Virus record (IMG/VR): IMGVR_UViG_3300021387_001758
Span: 14,388-78,387 of that record
From: a virus
Lineage: Duplodnaviria; Caudoviricetes
DNA length: 64,000 nt
Reading direction: 5' to 3' (one strand)
Of the stretch, positions 34,664-47,100 are shown piece after piece. A program made the position numbers and the translations under genes. The notes below the pieces were generated by a model. That model was not told the DNA's origin, did not search any database, and saw nothing but the letters and a program-made list of their open reading frames with translations. How positions within the stretch are numbered: position 1 is the first letter of the stretch; each line of letters starts with the position of its first letter.

Positions 34664-35620
34664 TTATAACTTTTCTAAAAATCTCGTCTTACCATCAGAA
34701 CTCTTTACACATATAAATCCAGGTTTATTCAACCCTTTTTGCTTTGGAAAGTATGCCCATCTACCACGTTGTTTAGTAGATTTAAGCGTTACTCCTTTAG
34801 GTACACCACCAATTATATCTGCCTTAGTAGTATAACCCGCTCTAACATTCATGTTTTCTAAAGTTTTATATTTTAAAACTCTTTGTCTATATTTAGAGAA
34901 ATTTCCTTTATGGATGAAATATCCCTTATATTTTCCTTTTGCAATTTTATACCAATTATCGCTATAAGGAATTAAAGTCATTTTCGTATTGAATTTGACT
35001 TGTCCAACCTTATCAGCTTTTAAACTTGGTTTCTTTCGTACATTTACAACCTTTTTACTTACATAAAGTAAGGCTTTTTTAGAACCTTTAGTTTTCTTTT
35101 TCTTATATTGCGCCGGGTTGATAATCAGCCACTCTTGTCTATCAGCTGCTGCATAAGCAGACCACGGTGCTTTTTGTTGATAGTTAGAATATGAATATGG
35201 ATCGCTGATATAAACTGTTCCATTATCATATCCATAAAGTAAAATGAAGTGGCCGCCATGTGTCCAACGACTAGGTCCTACTAAACCAATAACCCAGTAG
35301 CCTTTCTTTAATGCTGTTTTAGCAGCTTCAGCGCTACCAGTTTGTTCTACATTAGTAATACCACCATGTTTTAAGATGGCTTTAATTCCTGTCCAGTATA
35401 AACCAGAATTGGCTGTCATATACCCATTCTGACAAGCCCATTTGAAGGTAGTTTTAGGTGTCCAAGTTGAATGAGTCAGCGCGCTGATGACGTTTACGCA
35501 TGAGGTTGGCCCGCAACCAGATCCACCAATTGTTGGCCTACCTCCGCTTACTGGATAGGAATATGATGCCCATCGAGGGTCAATTTGTTTATAAAAGTTT
35601 GGTTTCATCATATATCCCAT
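34664..35620 (-). CDS. Endolysin-like cell-wall hydrolase: C39-like peptidase plus two SH3b domains
   Basis: YKQ.D..W, SGCGPTS, GGHFILL, DP; SH3-like VNVRKKP and MNVRAG. Confidence 0.8.
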   Translation of the reverse strand: MGYMMKPNFYKQIDPRWASYSYPVSGGRPTIGGSGCGPTSCVNVISALTHSTWTPKTTFKWACQNGYMTANSGLYWTGIKAILKHGGITNVEQTGSAEAAKTALKKGYWVIGLVGPSRWTHGGHFILLYGYDNGTVYISDPYSYSNYQQKAPWSAYAAADRQEWLIINPAQYKKKKTKGSKKALLYVSKKVVNVRKKPSLKADKVGQVKFNTKMTLIPYSDNWYKIAKGKYKGYFIHKGNFSKYRQRVLKYKTLENMNVRAGYTTKADIIGGVPKGVTLKSTKQRGRWAYFPKQKGLNKPGFICVKSSDGKTRFLEKL

Positions 35621-35628
35621 TCATCTCC

Positions 35629-36219
35629 TTATTCAAGAATTTTCCATATGTGAGTAACTTCACCACTTAGAGCTGGAGTATAATTCATATCTCCCATTAC
35701 TCGGCAATCGTTATTAATGTAATTAACATCAACTAAGATTTCAAGTAAATTACCATAAGGATCAAGCCACCCTTCCCCATATAAAGTGTCGCAATATTTC
35801 TTCTGATCTGCAATAATGCATTTGACCTTTTTGTCACCTATTTGGATAATGAATTTGTCGCCTACCGCGCCGTAGCTCTGTCCAAGAGCTATGCAAATGT
35901 AGTCGCCATAACGAAGAATACCATCGTCGCCTACCCAACCACTACGAGTTATTGCCCATTGAGGACTTGATGTATCGGTAATTGCGTGATAGTCCATCCA
36001 TAGTTTTTGGGAGGTTATATTGTAGAGAGGAAGCTCTTCTACGTTTAGATTTCTTTCATGTTCTTTTACTATTTTAGATGTTTCTTTTAAGGTTTTTTTG
36101 GCATGATCTGTTACCGCGCTGATTAGCATATCGGCTTCCGCAGCATAGGTGAAATTTGGCAGAAACATTAGTATTACAATAACGGGTATTAATGTTTTTT
36201 TCTTGAAAAAATTTCGCAT
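35629..36219 (-). CDS. Exported protein, possible 3D/double-psi lytic domain
   Basis: Signal-peptide-like N-terminus; CIALGQSYG.VGD...IIADQK. Confidence 0.45.
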   Translation of the reverse strand: MRNFFKKKTLIPVIVILMFLPNFTYAAEADMLISAVTDHAKKTLKETSKIVKEHERNLNVEELPLYNITSQKLWMDYHAITDTSSPQWAITRSGWVGDDGILRYGDYICIALGQSYGAVGDKFIIQIGDKKVKCIIADQKKYCDTLYGEGWLDPYGNLLEILVDVNYINNDCRVMGDMNYTPALSGEVTHIWKILE

Positions 36220-36230
36220 ATAAACTCCTT

Positions 36231-36737
36231 TTATTTAATTCTAACGGCTTTTAATGTCCCAGATCGATCTGAAGTATTTGTACTAGGTAACATAGTACTT
36301 GATGCGGCTAAAGTACACCAAGTATTTTTAGTAACAATTTGTATATCTTGAACTGGAATTACCGCCCACCAACTATTACTCATATGGAAACGTGTTAACG
36401 TAAGCGGAGTAGTCAATGCCTGTTCTTGATTTCCAAAATATAATCTCGCACACAGCCCTCTTGTTCCACTAGTTCCACCACTTCTAAAAGCCACACGACC
36501 AGAAAGAATCCATACTCCTGGAGTCAATAATATAGAAGGACCTGCAACATAACTATCTAAATCTGCAGTGATAATATTTATGTCTCTTTTATCTGTTAAC
36601 ATCTCTCCAATTGGACCAGAATGACTAGCTAAATATAAATCTCCCTCTTTCGTGAGTTGAAAAGTTGGGTTTGCGATAGATGGCTTTTCATTGGTAAGAT
36701 CTATAGAGGCTGTTTTTGTATTAGTAATGGTACTCAT
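36231..36737 (-). CDS. Tail-associated beta-sandwich protein
   Basis: Similar to 50389-50820 (GVW, TR, ..A.RIK); lies in tail cluster. Confidence 0.5.
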   Translation of the reverse strand: MSTITNTKTASIDLTNEKPSIANPTFQLTKEGDLYLASHSGPIGEMLTDKRDINIITADLDSYVAGPSILLTPGVWILSGRVAFRSGGTSGTRGLCARLYFGNQEQALTTPLTLTRFHMSNSWWAVIPVQDIQIVTKNTWCTLAASSTMLPSTNTSDRSGTLKAVRIK

Positions 36738-36752
36738 TTTCTCCCCCTTAAT

Positions 36753-39065
36753 TTAAACTGAATCTTTAATTGTATGGTTTACCGCTATTTTTTTATTAGC
36801 AGCTGCATCAAAAACACTTTCATCTATTTTAAAGTTAATTCGATAAGCCTTTCTATTTGATTCTAAAATTTCTATAGGATCAATTATTATATCGCGTGTT
36901 ATTGTTTGGTCATTAAATTCAACTGAAAAATTGTCAATCCAACCGCTAGGTATATTATTTTTAAATATAACTGCTGTTATAGTAATAGATAATGTTGTTC
37001 CATTAGGAGAGAATATACCGTTTGAATCAACTCGTTTTATAGAATTTAAACCAACAGTTGGGGTCCCGGTACTAAAAGCATTATAATGTAAGTAAGGACT
37101 AGAATTAATTATAAAATACCATCCTCTTGGAATGGACCGTCCTTTCAAAACAAGTGAATTATATGGATCAATTATGTATATATGATTATTTATATCCAAA
37201 AACATATTTTCATAAGCTATAGCGTCCTGTTCTGTACTGTCGATATAAATATTTCCTTTTAAATTAATACATCCTGCAAACGTATATTGTAAATGCGCAG
37301 CTTTTATAACAAAATTTGCAGGTAAATTTTCTAATTTTTTACAATTATAAAACATATAATCCATATTAACTACGTGCGATGTATCAAAATTAGTTAAGTT
37401 AAATGATAAGTTCTGACAGTTATAAAACATATATTGCATACGATAAGCACTAGATGTATTAAAGTTACCTAAATTTAGTTCTGTTAAATTTTCGCAGTTA
37501 TAAAATACATAGATCATGTCAACCATTGATGCCGTATTAAAATTACTTATATTTAACTTTACTAAATTTATACAATTATAAAACATAAAAGATATGTCAC
37601 CTACATTAGTAAAATTGCTTAAGTCTAATTCTGTTAAACCTAAACAAGAATAAAACATATTATTTGCAAGTTCAACATTAGATGTGTCAAAATTACTTAA
37701 ATCTAACTCTGTCAAACTTTGGCAATCCTTAAACATATTATTCATATATTCAACATTAGATGTCCTAAAACTACTAATGTTTAAAGTAATTAAATTTATA
37801 CAGCCCTCAAATAGATAGCTCATATCAGTAACATTAGATGTATTAAAATTACTTAAGTCCAATTCTGTCAAACTTTGACAGCTATTAAACATTTCACACA
37901 TACTAGTAACATTAGATGTGTCAAAAGAACTTAAATTTAATTCCTTCAAATCTGTACAACACGCAAATACTCCGTCCATTCCATAAACATTAGATGTATC
38001 TAAATTATCTAAGTTATAAATTTTTTCTAAAGACCAACAATTTGAAAACAGGTAATCTATACTATAATCATTTAATGGGGCTTTGGTAGTTTTTTCAAAA
38101 TAAAGATGTAAAGATTCTTCTTTTGGATCAGTTACTATTTTAAGCTCTCCACGTTCATACTCATAATATGTTTTTTCTTCATCTATTTCAGAATCTAAAG
38201 TTAAAATATATTTTGCTCCTAACTGTATTTCTACTAAACTCATACACCCTTCAAATGTATTCTGCGCGTGAGTCAAGGAAGATAAGTTTGAATTTGATAA
38301 AAAAGGTACGTTATGTAAATTTTGACAATTATAAAACATTTCACTCATATGGATTAAATAATCAAAATATATATCTGTATCTACGCTATATAGATTAGTA
38401 CAACCAGAGAACATACCTGTAGTATACATAACGTCATTTCGTGGCTCTTCCTGCCGAAAAATTAGATCTCTTAAACCTGTACAATTTTCAAACATATAAG
38501 AAACATCTGTTATTCCAGGTTGAATAATATTAATCAATTCTAATTCGTGGTCTTCTAGATATGAATAAATGGAGTCTTCAATAATAGATCCACTAAATAG
38601 ATGACTTAGCGAAGTAGCTTCAGACCAATCTATATTTTCTAATCCCATCATTTTTCCTTGCTCTACAGTAGAAAAACTATTCATTCCACTAAAGGTTCTG
38701 GCAGTAACAACTTGTGACAATCCTGAGAAAAGACATTTCATATCACCTATTGCTTTAATAGGCATATCATTTTCTCCCAATTCTGCAAAAACTTCTTTAA
38801 TAGAAGAACTATAAAGTTGCCATGGAAAATATACTGTTGATAGTACAGTATGATTAATATCACCTTGTGGTAATTTACCATAGTCTTCTGAGTTAATTGG
38901 CTGCCTACTTGGTAACATACCTAAATTTTGGTCACCTAAGTCTTTAGATATTAAATTATGTTGGGTTGTCCTATCGTAATCACTACTCTTAATCGGGCGA
39001 AGCACTAAACGACCCGTATCAGAAATCGACCACCGTACTCCGCCCCAAGCTCCATAATCTATCAT
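36753..39065 (-). CDS. BspA/DUF285-type leucine-rich repeat protein (likely adhesin/receptor-binding)
   Basis: More than 10 repeats of LDLSNFDTSNVT.M..MF..C. Confidence 0.85.
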   Translation of the reverse strand: MIDYGAWGGVRWSISDTGRLVLRPIKSSDYDRTTQHNLISKDLGDQNLGMLPSRQPINSEDYGKLPQGDINHTVLSTVYFPWQLYSSSIKEVFAELGENDMPIKAIGDMKCLFSGLSQVVTARTFSGMNSFSTVEQGKMMGLENIDWSEATSLSHLFSGSIIEDSIYSYLEDHELELINIIQPGITDVSYMFENCTGLRDLIFRQEEPRNDVMYTTGMFSGCTNLYSVDTDIYFDYLIHMSEMFYNCQNLHNVPFLSNSNLSSLTHAQNTFEGCMSLVEIQLGAKYILTLDSEIDEEKTYYEYERGELKIVTDPKEESLHLYFEKTTKAPLNDYSIDYLFSNCWSLEKIYNLDNLDTSNVYGMDGVFACCTDLKELNLSSFDTSNVTSMCEMFNSCQSLTELDLSNFNTSNVTDMSYLFEGCINLITLNISSFRTSNVEYMNNMFKDCQSLTELDLSNFDTSNVELANNMFYSCLGLTELDLSNFTNVGDISFMFYNCINLVKLNISNFNTASMVDMIYVFYNCENLTELNLGNFNTSSAYRMQYMFYNCQNLSFNLTNFDTSHVVNMDYMFYNCKKLENLPANFVIKAAHLQYTFAGCINLKGNIYIDSTEQDAIAYENMFLDINNHIYIIDPYNSLVLKGRSIPRGWYFIINSSPYLHYNAFSTGTPTVGLNSIKRVDSNGIFSPNGTTLSITITAVIFKNNIPSGWIDNFSVEFNDQTITRDIIIDPIEILESNRKAYRINFKIDESVFDAAANKKIAVNHTIKDSV

Positions 39066-41162
39066 TTAACTTTCCTCCTCTTCTGCGCCCATATAGAAAA
39101 ATGAAATTGTACCAGTATCGTTTTGTTGTATAAACCAATCTTTTAGGAAAATACTTCCATCTCTATTAAGAACTATATTTTTACTTTGATCTTTAATAAT
39201 AAAATTACCACTAAGCTCTACTTCATTTTCTTGTATTTCTTCGGCTTTAGTATCTGATAAATCTTCAATCGGTTGGAAAATACCAATTCTATCTCCATTA
39301 GCTGAAAAATCTATTGTGAAAACTGCACGAGAAATAAAATCGGTTAAATTAATAGCATTTCCAGTTAAATCAATAGTATAATCGTTACTAACTTTTTTAG
39401 CTTCACCATTAATTATTATATCATATTTAGTATCTAAATCAAAAATATTTCTGGCAGCATCAACATCATTTTCATTATCAGTTACCCAACCTTTTTCAAT
39501 AGAAAGATTCGAGTCAGTAAAAGTCATGGTAAAAGTTTTTGTTAAATCACTGGAAATTGCTTTAACTTCATAAGTGGGATCAATATAATTGATTATTGGA
39601 CTTTGATATACTTCTTCTCCAGTTGTTTCATTAGTAGTATATAAATACTTAAAAATATATGGCGCGCCTTCTATAAATAATCGTATTAAGGCACTTGTGC
39701 CAGTGTCATTTTGTTTATAAGTCCATGTACCCGCATCTTCTATAGCATCTGCTCTTACTATATTATTTGAAGTTATATTTAAAAGCTGCGACCCAGTCCA
39801 TACTGGGTTAATTGTTAAATTTTTAGCTGGCATTTTATCGTTCAGCTCAATAGTTTCACCACTATCAGTATCCCATATTTGCCATTCTTTTAAGCTATAA
39901 TGAGAATAATAAGCATTATCATTAATTTGTTCATAATATTGTGATAAATTAGCTTTTATTGGAACAGAGACAACTTCATAACTATCACTACTTTCGTTAT
40001 AAATGTAATAAGTTTTAGAACTATCAACTTCAGTATCAGAAGTTTTATTATATATAACATTTAAAACTTTTATATAATTTATAATAGGATAATTTGGCAA
40101 AAAAGTTATAGGAGTATTATAACTCCATGAAAATTGATTTGTACTAAAATTTTCAATAGGGGGATAATTTATACATCTATTCCCATCTCGATGTGGATCA
40201 TCAACAGTTATGATAAAATCTTTCTGCCAAATAGCCTTTAGAGTAATTGATTCAGTAGAATTGGCTACATTTATCGTGTCTCCTGGTTTATATTTTACAT
40301 TTCCTTCTGTTCTTAACCAATACATAAAAGCATATTCTTCATCTTCGTATACTCGCGCGGGAGTTGTGATTGGTATTGTATAAGAAGAAGTATATTTTCT
40401 AGTTCCATTTGGTGGTATATTGGATGTACCGTCACCATTCGCATCAAATGTTACTGGATAAGAATTTTCAGACCAGTTGGCTGTTAAAGTCCTAGATGTG
40501 TTGCCGAGTATATTATTTGGTATAGTATTATTAGCAACGTATTTATTTGTACCTAACGTCCAATTTTGAAAAGTATACCCCATTTTCGTTGGTGTCGCAT
40601 TAGATGGTATTGTATAAGAATAATCATAATAATATGAACCAGAGGTAATTGCTGTCGCTCCCGCGCCACTATTATATGTTATTGCATACTTTGGCCTTGC
40701 TGGAATAGTTATTGTTGCATTTGAAGTAACAGAAAAGGTTTCTGTAGCTCCAAGACCAGATACATTACCACCAGAAGATATACTATATGTATCAAAATGA
40801 CCACTAACTGTTTGAGAAAAACTAAGTACAATATCGGAAGTTCCTCTGGTATAGGTATGAGTATGTTTACTGTATGGACCATACGTATAAGTATGGGTCT
40901 TAGTATCGTCAAAACCTTTAGCAGAATATGTTCCATTCTGCATATAATAGTTTCCCTTACTATCTTTAACATTGGCTGTTAGTTTTTTATGCTCCATTAT
41001 ATGTCTAGTAGTACCGGATCTTTTAGTGGTATGTACCTCATATCCATTCTGAACAGTTACCGTTCTTGTGGTATTTGTGGTTTCTGTTACAGTAAATACT
41101 ATAAACGCTCTAATTTTTATATTTGTCGTTAAAGTTTTCCAATTTCCATAACTTGTTGCCAT
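39066..41162 (-). CDS. Tail-associated protein with InlB-B/Listeria-Bacteroides-type repeats
   Basis: ITYNSG...PTKMGYTFQNW...LTANW; VTFDANG...F..W...LKAIW. Confidence 0.7.
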   Translation of the reverse strand: MATSYGNWKTLTTNIKIRAFIVFTVTETTNTTRTVTVQNGYEVHTTKRSGTTRHIMEHKKLTANVKDSKGNYYMQNGTYSAKGFDDTKTHTYTYGPYSKHTHTYTRGTSDIVLSFSQTVSGHFDTYSISSGGNVSGLGATETFSVTSNATITIPARPKYAITYNSGAGATAITSGSYYYDYSYTIPSNATPTKMGYTFQNWTLGTNKYVANNTIPNNILGNTSRTLTANWSENSYPVTFDANGDGTSNIPPNGTRKYTSSYTIPITTPARVYEDEEYAFMYWLRTEGNVKYKPGDTINVANSTESITLKAIWQKDFIITVDDPHRDGNRCINYPPIENFSTNQFSWSYNTPITFLPNYPIINYIKVLNVIYNKTSDTEVDSSKTYYIYNESSDSYEVVSVPIKANLSQYYEQINDNAYYSHYSLKEWQIWDTDSGETIELNDKMPAKNLTINPVWTGSQLLNITSNNIVRADAIEDAGTWTYKQNDTGTSALIRLFIEGAPYIFKYLYTTNETTGEEVYQSPIINYIDPTYEVKAISSDLTKTFTMTFTDSNLSIEKGWVTDNENDVDAARNIFDLDTKYDIIINGEAKKVSNDYTIDLTGNAINLTDFISRAVFTIDFSANGDRIGIFQPIEDLSDTKAEEIQENEVELSGNFIIKDQSKNIVLNRDGSIFLKDWFIQQNDTGTISFFYMGAEEEES

Positions 41163-41175
41163 ACCTTTTCTCCTT

Positions 41176-44100
41176 TTACCTTATATTTTTAATAGTCAAA
41201 TGACCATTGTCTCTTGCATATATAATCAAATTACCGGTTCCATTTTCTTCATCCGGACGTTTTGCTGCCTCATATCTTGGATAAGCGTTAGAGAAATATA
41301 AATCATCACTATTTAATGATGTTGCATTTACCCAAGTGTGAGCAAATTCAGTTTCTACTTCCGTATTAAAGAATTCAATTCTATCGGCTGTTAAATTAAC
41401 ATAACTTTGAAGTACCGGTTTCTCCGCGCCTTCAGGGGTTATCCCCTTAAATAACCTTACGTATTCGGGTTTTATTTCTATTGCGGCGTTAATTTCTCCC
41501 GCAGTTTCCACAACATTATTTATTTGTGTTATTAAAGATCCCTTTACTAAATCTTCTTCTCCACCAATAATGTCAATATCCTTAACTCTAATTGCTAGTG
41601 TTTTGTTACCATTATTAGTGTAATAAGCTATATATTGCTCATCATTACCAAGGTACATATTATCTGTAAATATACCTTGGGTTCCGCGCATATAATTATA
41701 AATATCATCATTGACTTTATTTTCCGGTTGAGTTGTCATATCTGGTAATGTACCAAATACGCCCTTATAATTGAGTCCTACACCTTGAAAGCGATCTTCG
41801 TCAATATTTCCTTCATATTCAAAAAGAGTAATAGCTTTTTCTGGCGCCATTGTATCGCTATTAGAACTATTAATAGCAATCCCATAATTATCTGATACGG
41901 TTGAAGTTTCAAAGTCAAAGTGCGCTAATGAGACAATAGCTGAACCTATTATATCTTCAAAAACCACTGGCTGTAAAGCCTTCTCATAGTAAGATTGAAT
42001 ATATTCAATGCTGGGTTCTGAAACTAAATCATAAGTTTGGGTTTCATTATTATAAATATAATATTCTTTTCCCTCAACGATAGTTTCATCTTCGGTCTTA
42101 ATATATCCATCAATACCTAATTCAAAACCTTCTAAAATATAATGACCATCTTCTTTTATTAATGTATAATAGCCACCATCATAACCTAATTTACAATAAT
42201 CTCCAGAGTTAAATATATCAGGATTTTCTATAATAACTTCTGTACCTACAACATCACCATTATGATAAGATCCTACAATATCTTTAATCGTAGAGCTTGG
42301 TCTAACAACTACTATACCACCAATAGCATTTATTTCTTCATATTCAAATACTGCTGCCTTAATCGAACCTTTAATGCTTACATTATTAAATACAGCATTA
42401 CCGTCATCATCAGTTTTAAATACTTCTAAATCAGCATCATTTCTAATTGACATTCCATAGCGAGTAGGGTAGTGGTCCTCATCGAATTCTAACGCACCAA
42501 TCTTAATTTTAGTTATCTCATCATTCGGTCCTAAAACTTTAACTACTCTAATGTCATTATCTTTAGAAATTGAAACATAGCCGCCAAGCTGTTTTACTAA
42601 TTCATAATAACTATCTATTTCACTTTGCTTATATGGTTTTTGAACAGGAACATATTGATTATCACTATTTAATTGATAATAGGTTTTCGAATCATCTGGT
42701 GCAGCATCAGAAGTTTTCTCATATATATCTTTAGTATAAGAATTTCTAATAAAGAATCCATTCCAAGTTAGTCCAAATGAAGCTTCATTTTCAATATCTT
42801 CCGGCGAAGATGGCACGAAGTCAAGATTATTATCAATCCCATATAAACCATATTTATCTAATCTAACATAGGTTGATAAATCATACAAATTATCATCTTC
42901 TGTTCTTTCATAATAATTTGCTATATCTTCATCTTTTGGGTTCTCAACTGGAACATATTCTTCCCCATCTTGTTCATAATAGGTCTTAGATGGATTAACT
43001 GTTTGGTCCGTAGTTTTGGTATAAACATAATTCTCACTTTGATCAAATGAATAAGCTGTAATACCATCCTTATCCCATCTAAATGAAGGGTAATTCCCAT
43101 CCATTATATTGATAGTACCAGCATCAATAATACCAGCCTTTATATATTTAATATCAATACCATCTGGTGAAACGATTGTGCGCCATGTGACTCCTGCATC
43201 TTCTGAAACCATTAACCCTTTCGGACTTAACTTCATTTGATTAATAGTTCTAGTAATATCAGTAACTACAATACCATCTCTATCAACATAAGCCGCGCCA
43301 ATGGCAGAAATACCAAATCTTGAACCACTAATATTATTTAAAGAAGCTGTAAGTAAGTTTGAATTAATCAATCCATTACTATCCAACATACTGGCCGCGC
43401 GCTGATAAGCTCCTTGGTTATATTCAACCGATTGAACTGCCGCGCCAATGCGTTGGAACAAATCTTCAAATTGTGTTTTATAATTTTGAATTGTAATTTG
43501 ATTTTCTTCGGGTTGATCTAAGTTCCAAACAACCTCAGAAACAATTACCTCTTCCTTAATCGGGGTTTTTAATCCACTTTGTAGGGTCCAACCAAAGAAT
43601 TCTGTATCTTCGATATAAGTTTTATCTCCTACATCGAATAAATAATTCTCTAATCCTTCTAACTCGCTAACCTCAACTACATTAATCGTATAAGTAACTT
43701 TCGGCTGCGCGCTAGTATTAGAAACTTGTAACGCATCGAGGTAATATAAATTATTATCCACGTAGTCTTCAGAAGTCCAAGTTCCTTCTTGAATAAAACG
43801 CCCATATTTTTCAAAAAAGTTTTTCTCTAACGCATCTTTCTCTTTTTGTTTTTCTTCTATTTGAGCTTTAATACTTTCATTATCTGTTTCAGTATTTGGT
43901 AATAAGTAGAAAAGGTGTGCTTGATTTGCGGCTAAATTTACAGTACCATTTATAACCTTATCCTTCTTACCATCATATATCTTATATTTACTACTTAATA
44001 TATCACTTAATTGGAACTCAACCTGGCAAGGACCAGTAAGATCTGTATAAGAATAGGTTTTATTAGATAAATTTAACTTAGCTATTTTTGTAGTCGTCCC

Positions 44101-47100
44101 ATTGGTTAAAGTACAAGTAAGACCACCCACAAAATCATCACTACTAACAATCGTTTGTTCATCCGATAAGCTAATAGTAATTTCGTACACTTGCGCGCCG
44201 TCTGCTTTTAACTGAAGATTCTTATATTCATTTAGTAACTGAGTAGTAATTCCGCCATAGTTTCCTTGAACCTGCTCCGCGGTTAAAATTTCCGCCAAGT
44301 AGTCCATAACAACTTCATCAGATTTATCTGTACGTTTGGTACTATTGATATAATTCTCATATGAAGTTGCTCCAGTAATTTTTTCCAGGTCATCTTCAGC
44401 ATCTTGGGCAAACTCTGGCGCGACATCCATAGTTATAGAATAAACTGTTAAGGTACTATCTATTCTAGTCATGGCGGCTTGAATATCTTCATATTCTTTG
44501 CTTAGCCTATCTATTTCAATATTCTTTTCTTTTAAATCTTTTTGGAACTGAGTGAACTCTTCATAGAAAGAACCATCAATTAATCCTTGATTTAAATAAT
44601 AAGAGAAATTAAGAATGTAACTTTCTCCACTAGGATTCGCGTCTGCTTTTCTAATAGTTAATACTCCACCATCTACATATTCACTAGCTGGTTGTGCAAC
44701 TATCATTTTACTAACAAACTCATTAGAATCTAAAGTCCTTTGAATAGAACTTAAATTAATACCATATTTAAATCCTGCAAAATTATCTTTGCCAGCATAT
44801 TCGTGGAAAGAAACTTTCTTAATTGCCTTTCCGTCTTTTGTCGTTGCAATACTACCATTTTCATTATGTGCAACAGTAAATTTTGCCCAACATTCAAACT
44901 TTTCACAAAGCTCTTGAATTATATTGAAATAATTAGATTCTTTAACTTCTATAGAAGTTATTTTATCATAATCATTATTATAAACTTGGATAATATTATC
45001 TACACTCACTCCTAAATCAGTTGCTAAAGCGTCAAGAGTGAAATAGGTTTTTACTTTTTCCTTATCTTTTAAAGTGTCATCTTTAATATAGTAATAATCT
45101 ACTTCATTGTTTGTCGCTTCCGGCGCGCTGCCAGGAATTAGGGTATGGCCATTACTATCTTGTCTGTATTTAAAGAATTCTATGTCTCTGACCCAATAAG
45201 ATTTTGCTGTATTTGCACAGTTAATAACAAAAAGACCAATATTCTTAGCCTTCAATTCTTCTGCACTAATTGATCTCAAGCAATCAGCCTTAATGCTCCA
45301 ATAATTAACCCCACTTTTCTGCGGCGCGTCTGGACCATTTTTTGATACATATTGATCTTCAACATTAGACCATACATATTCTTTATTTTGCCCTTCTTCT
45401 TCTGCTATATACACATATTTTCTAGAAGGAGGAATTGTATCTTTTCCCCAAGGCATTTCTTTAACATAAGTTTTATGGGTATTATCAAGGAAATAACCGC
45501 CAGTTATTTCATTATTACTTTTCTCATAATTTACAGGCTCATTATTTCCACTTGGCTTAAATTCAAAATATTTTTTTGAAAGGTCGGGCTGATAATATGT
45601 TACTTTATCACCATTAATTTCTATTGTTTTTACTTCATAATCAGCTACAACAAGGCCTAAAACCGGCACGGTAGCTGGCTGACTTTGATCAGTTTGGTCG
45701 GGATTCGGATTATACTTCGCGCGGAAGATATATTCTTCCCCTTTAGAGAACCCTCCAATTAAACTAGCATTATCTCGAATACCAGAGTTAAAAATAGCAT
45801 TGTCAATACCTGTTCCTTTAAAAGTCATTAATAAACAAGCATCAGTATCACCTAACTCTTGTAAATTTTTAGGGAATTTATCATATCCTTCTTCTTCTGG
45901 ACCGAAAATATCTTTTGGATAAGTAGAAAACTGTATATTGTTTGAATCCGCTATTGAAGCTTTTATTGACCCCCTATTACCATAAGGCGACCAACCCGAA
46001 ATACTTGATTTAAAAATATCAAAGTCAGTACCATTAGTAAAACTATTAAATAATATATCAGAAGTCAGATATTCGTAATCTTTATAATGGTATATATATT
46101 TCGTGATTGTTTCTTCATAAGTAACTTGATACAGATCCACATATTTTTCTGTTAATGGATCCCATTTACTTACTGGCGCATAGTTTAAACGATAGCCTTG
46201 AAATTCTAAATTAATGATAAAACCTGGCTGTCTATCTAATTCAAAGTAAGTAGGTAAATCAGCTGAAACTGGATTTTCTACTTCTACATAATCATTATTT
46301 TGTTTTATATAATAAGTTTTATTAGGATTTATTTCTGTATCAGTTGTATGAAAATATATATCAATATTATTACTTACAATATCAGGCTTATCACCTGTAT
46401 AAGTAAGCGAATTTCGTAACATATAATTAGAGCCTTTAACTACATTATTATCATCAAAAACCCACTTACCTTCTTCTCTATCTAAATCTCTTAAAACCTG
46501 TATATTTTCAGTTCTTTTTTGAATTATATCACTATAAAAGAAATAAATAACTTCACCCTTAGCTAAAGTTACTTCTTCTTTTTCAAGCATTTCATCAGTC
46601 TTAATGTTTTGAATTAGCTGTGCCTTATATAAGGGTTCTTGCACCCACTGCCTAATAGATTCAGAAGCTTTTTTATCAACTTCCCAATCCGTAGATTCTA
46701 AAACCCTTTCTGCCAGTTCTGTAACAGTTCCTTGATTATTCCCAAGTTCCTGCGCCAGCTCGACATTATATCCCGTTTTAGCTAACTCGTTTACCCATAA
46801 ATCAGTACAAGAATACTGGAAGGTATCAGCTTCGGAAGACTCTTCACAATTTTTTATAATAAAATCATACCATTCATCACCATACTTAAGTTTAACTTTA
46901 CGTTCATTAACCATATATGGAATAAGTGGATTGAAAATTTCTTCTCCCAAGTCATTATCAAAATAACGATGTAGCATTGAAAAAGTAAAAGTCACTTCTC
47001 CATTTACATTTTTAGTAAGCTGTGGAGAAAATGCTCTACTAGGAGAAGTCATAGTATCACTACCAATAATAGCAATCATTTCTTCATTAAAACGATTGTC

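Noticed and set aside
36753-39065. Diversity-generating retroelement target
   Set aside because: No reverse transcriptase and no adenine-specific TR/VR pair seen in this window
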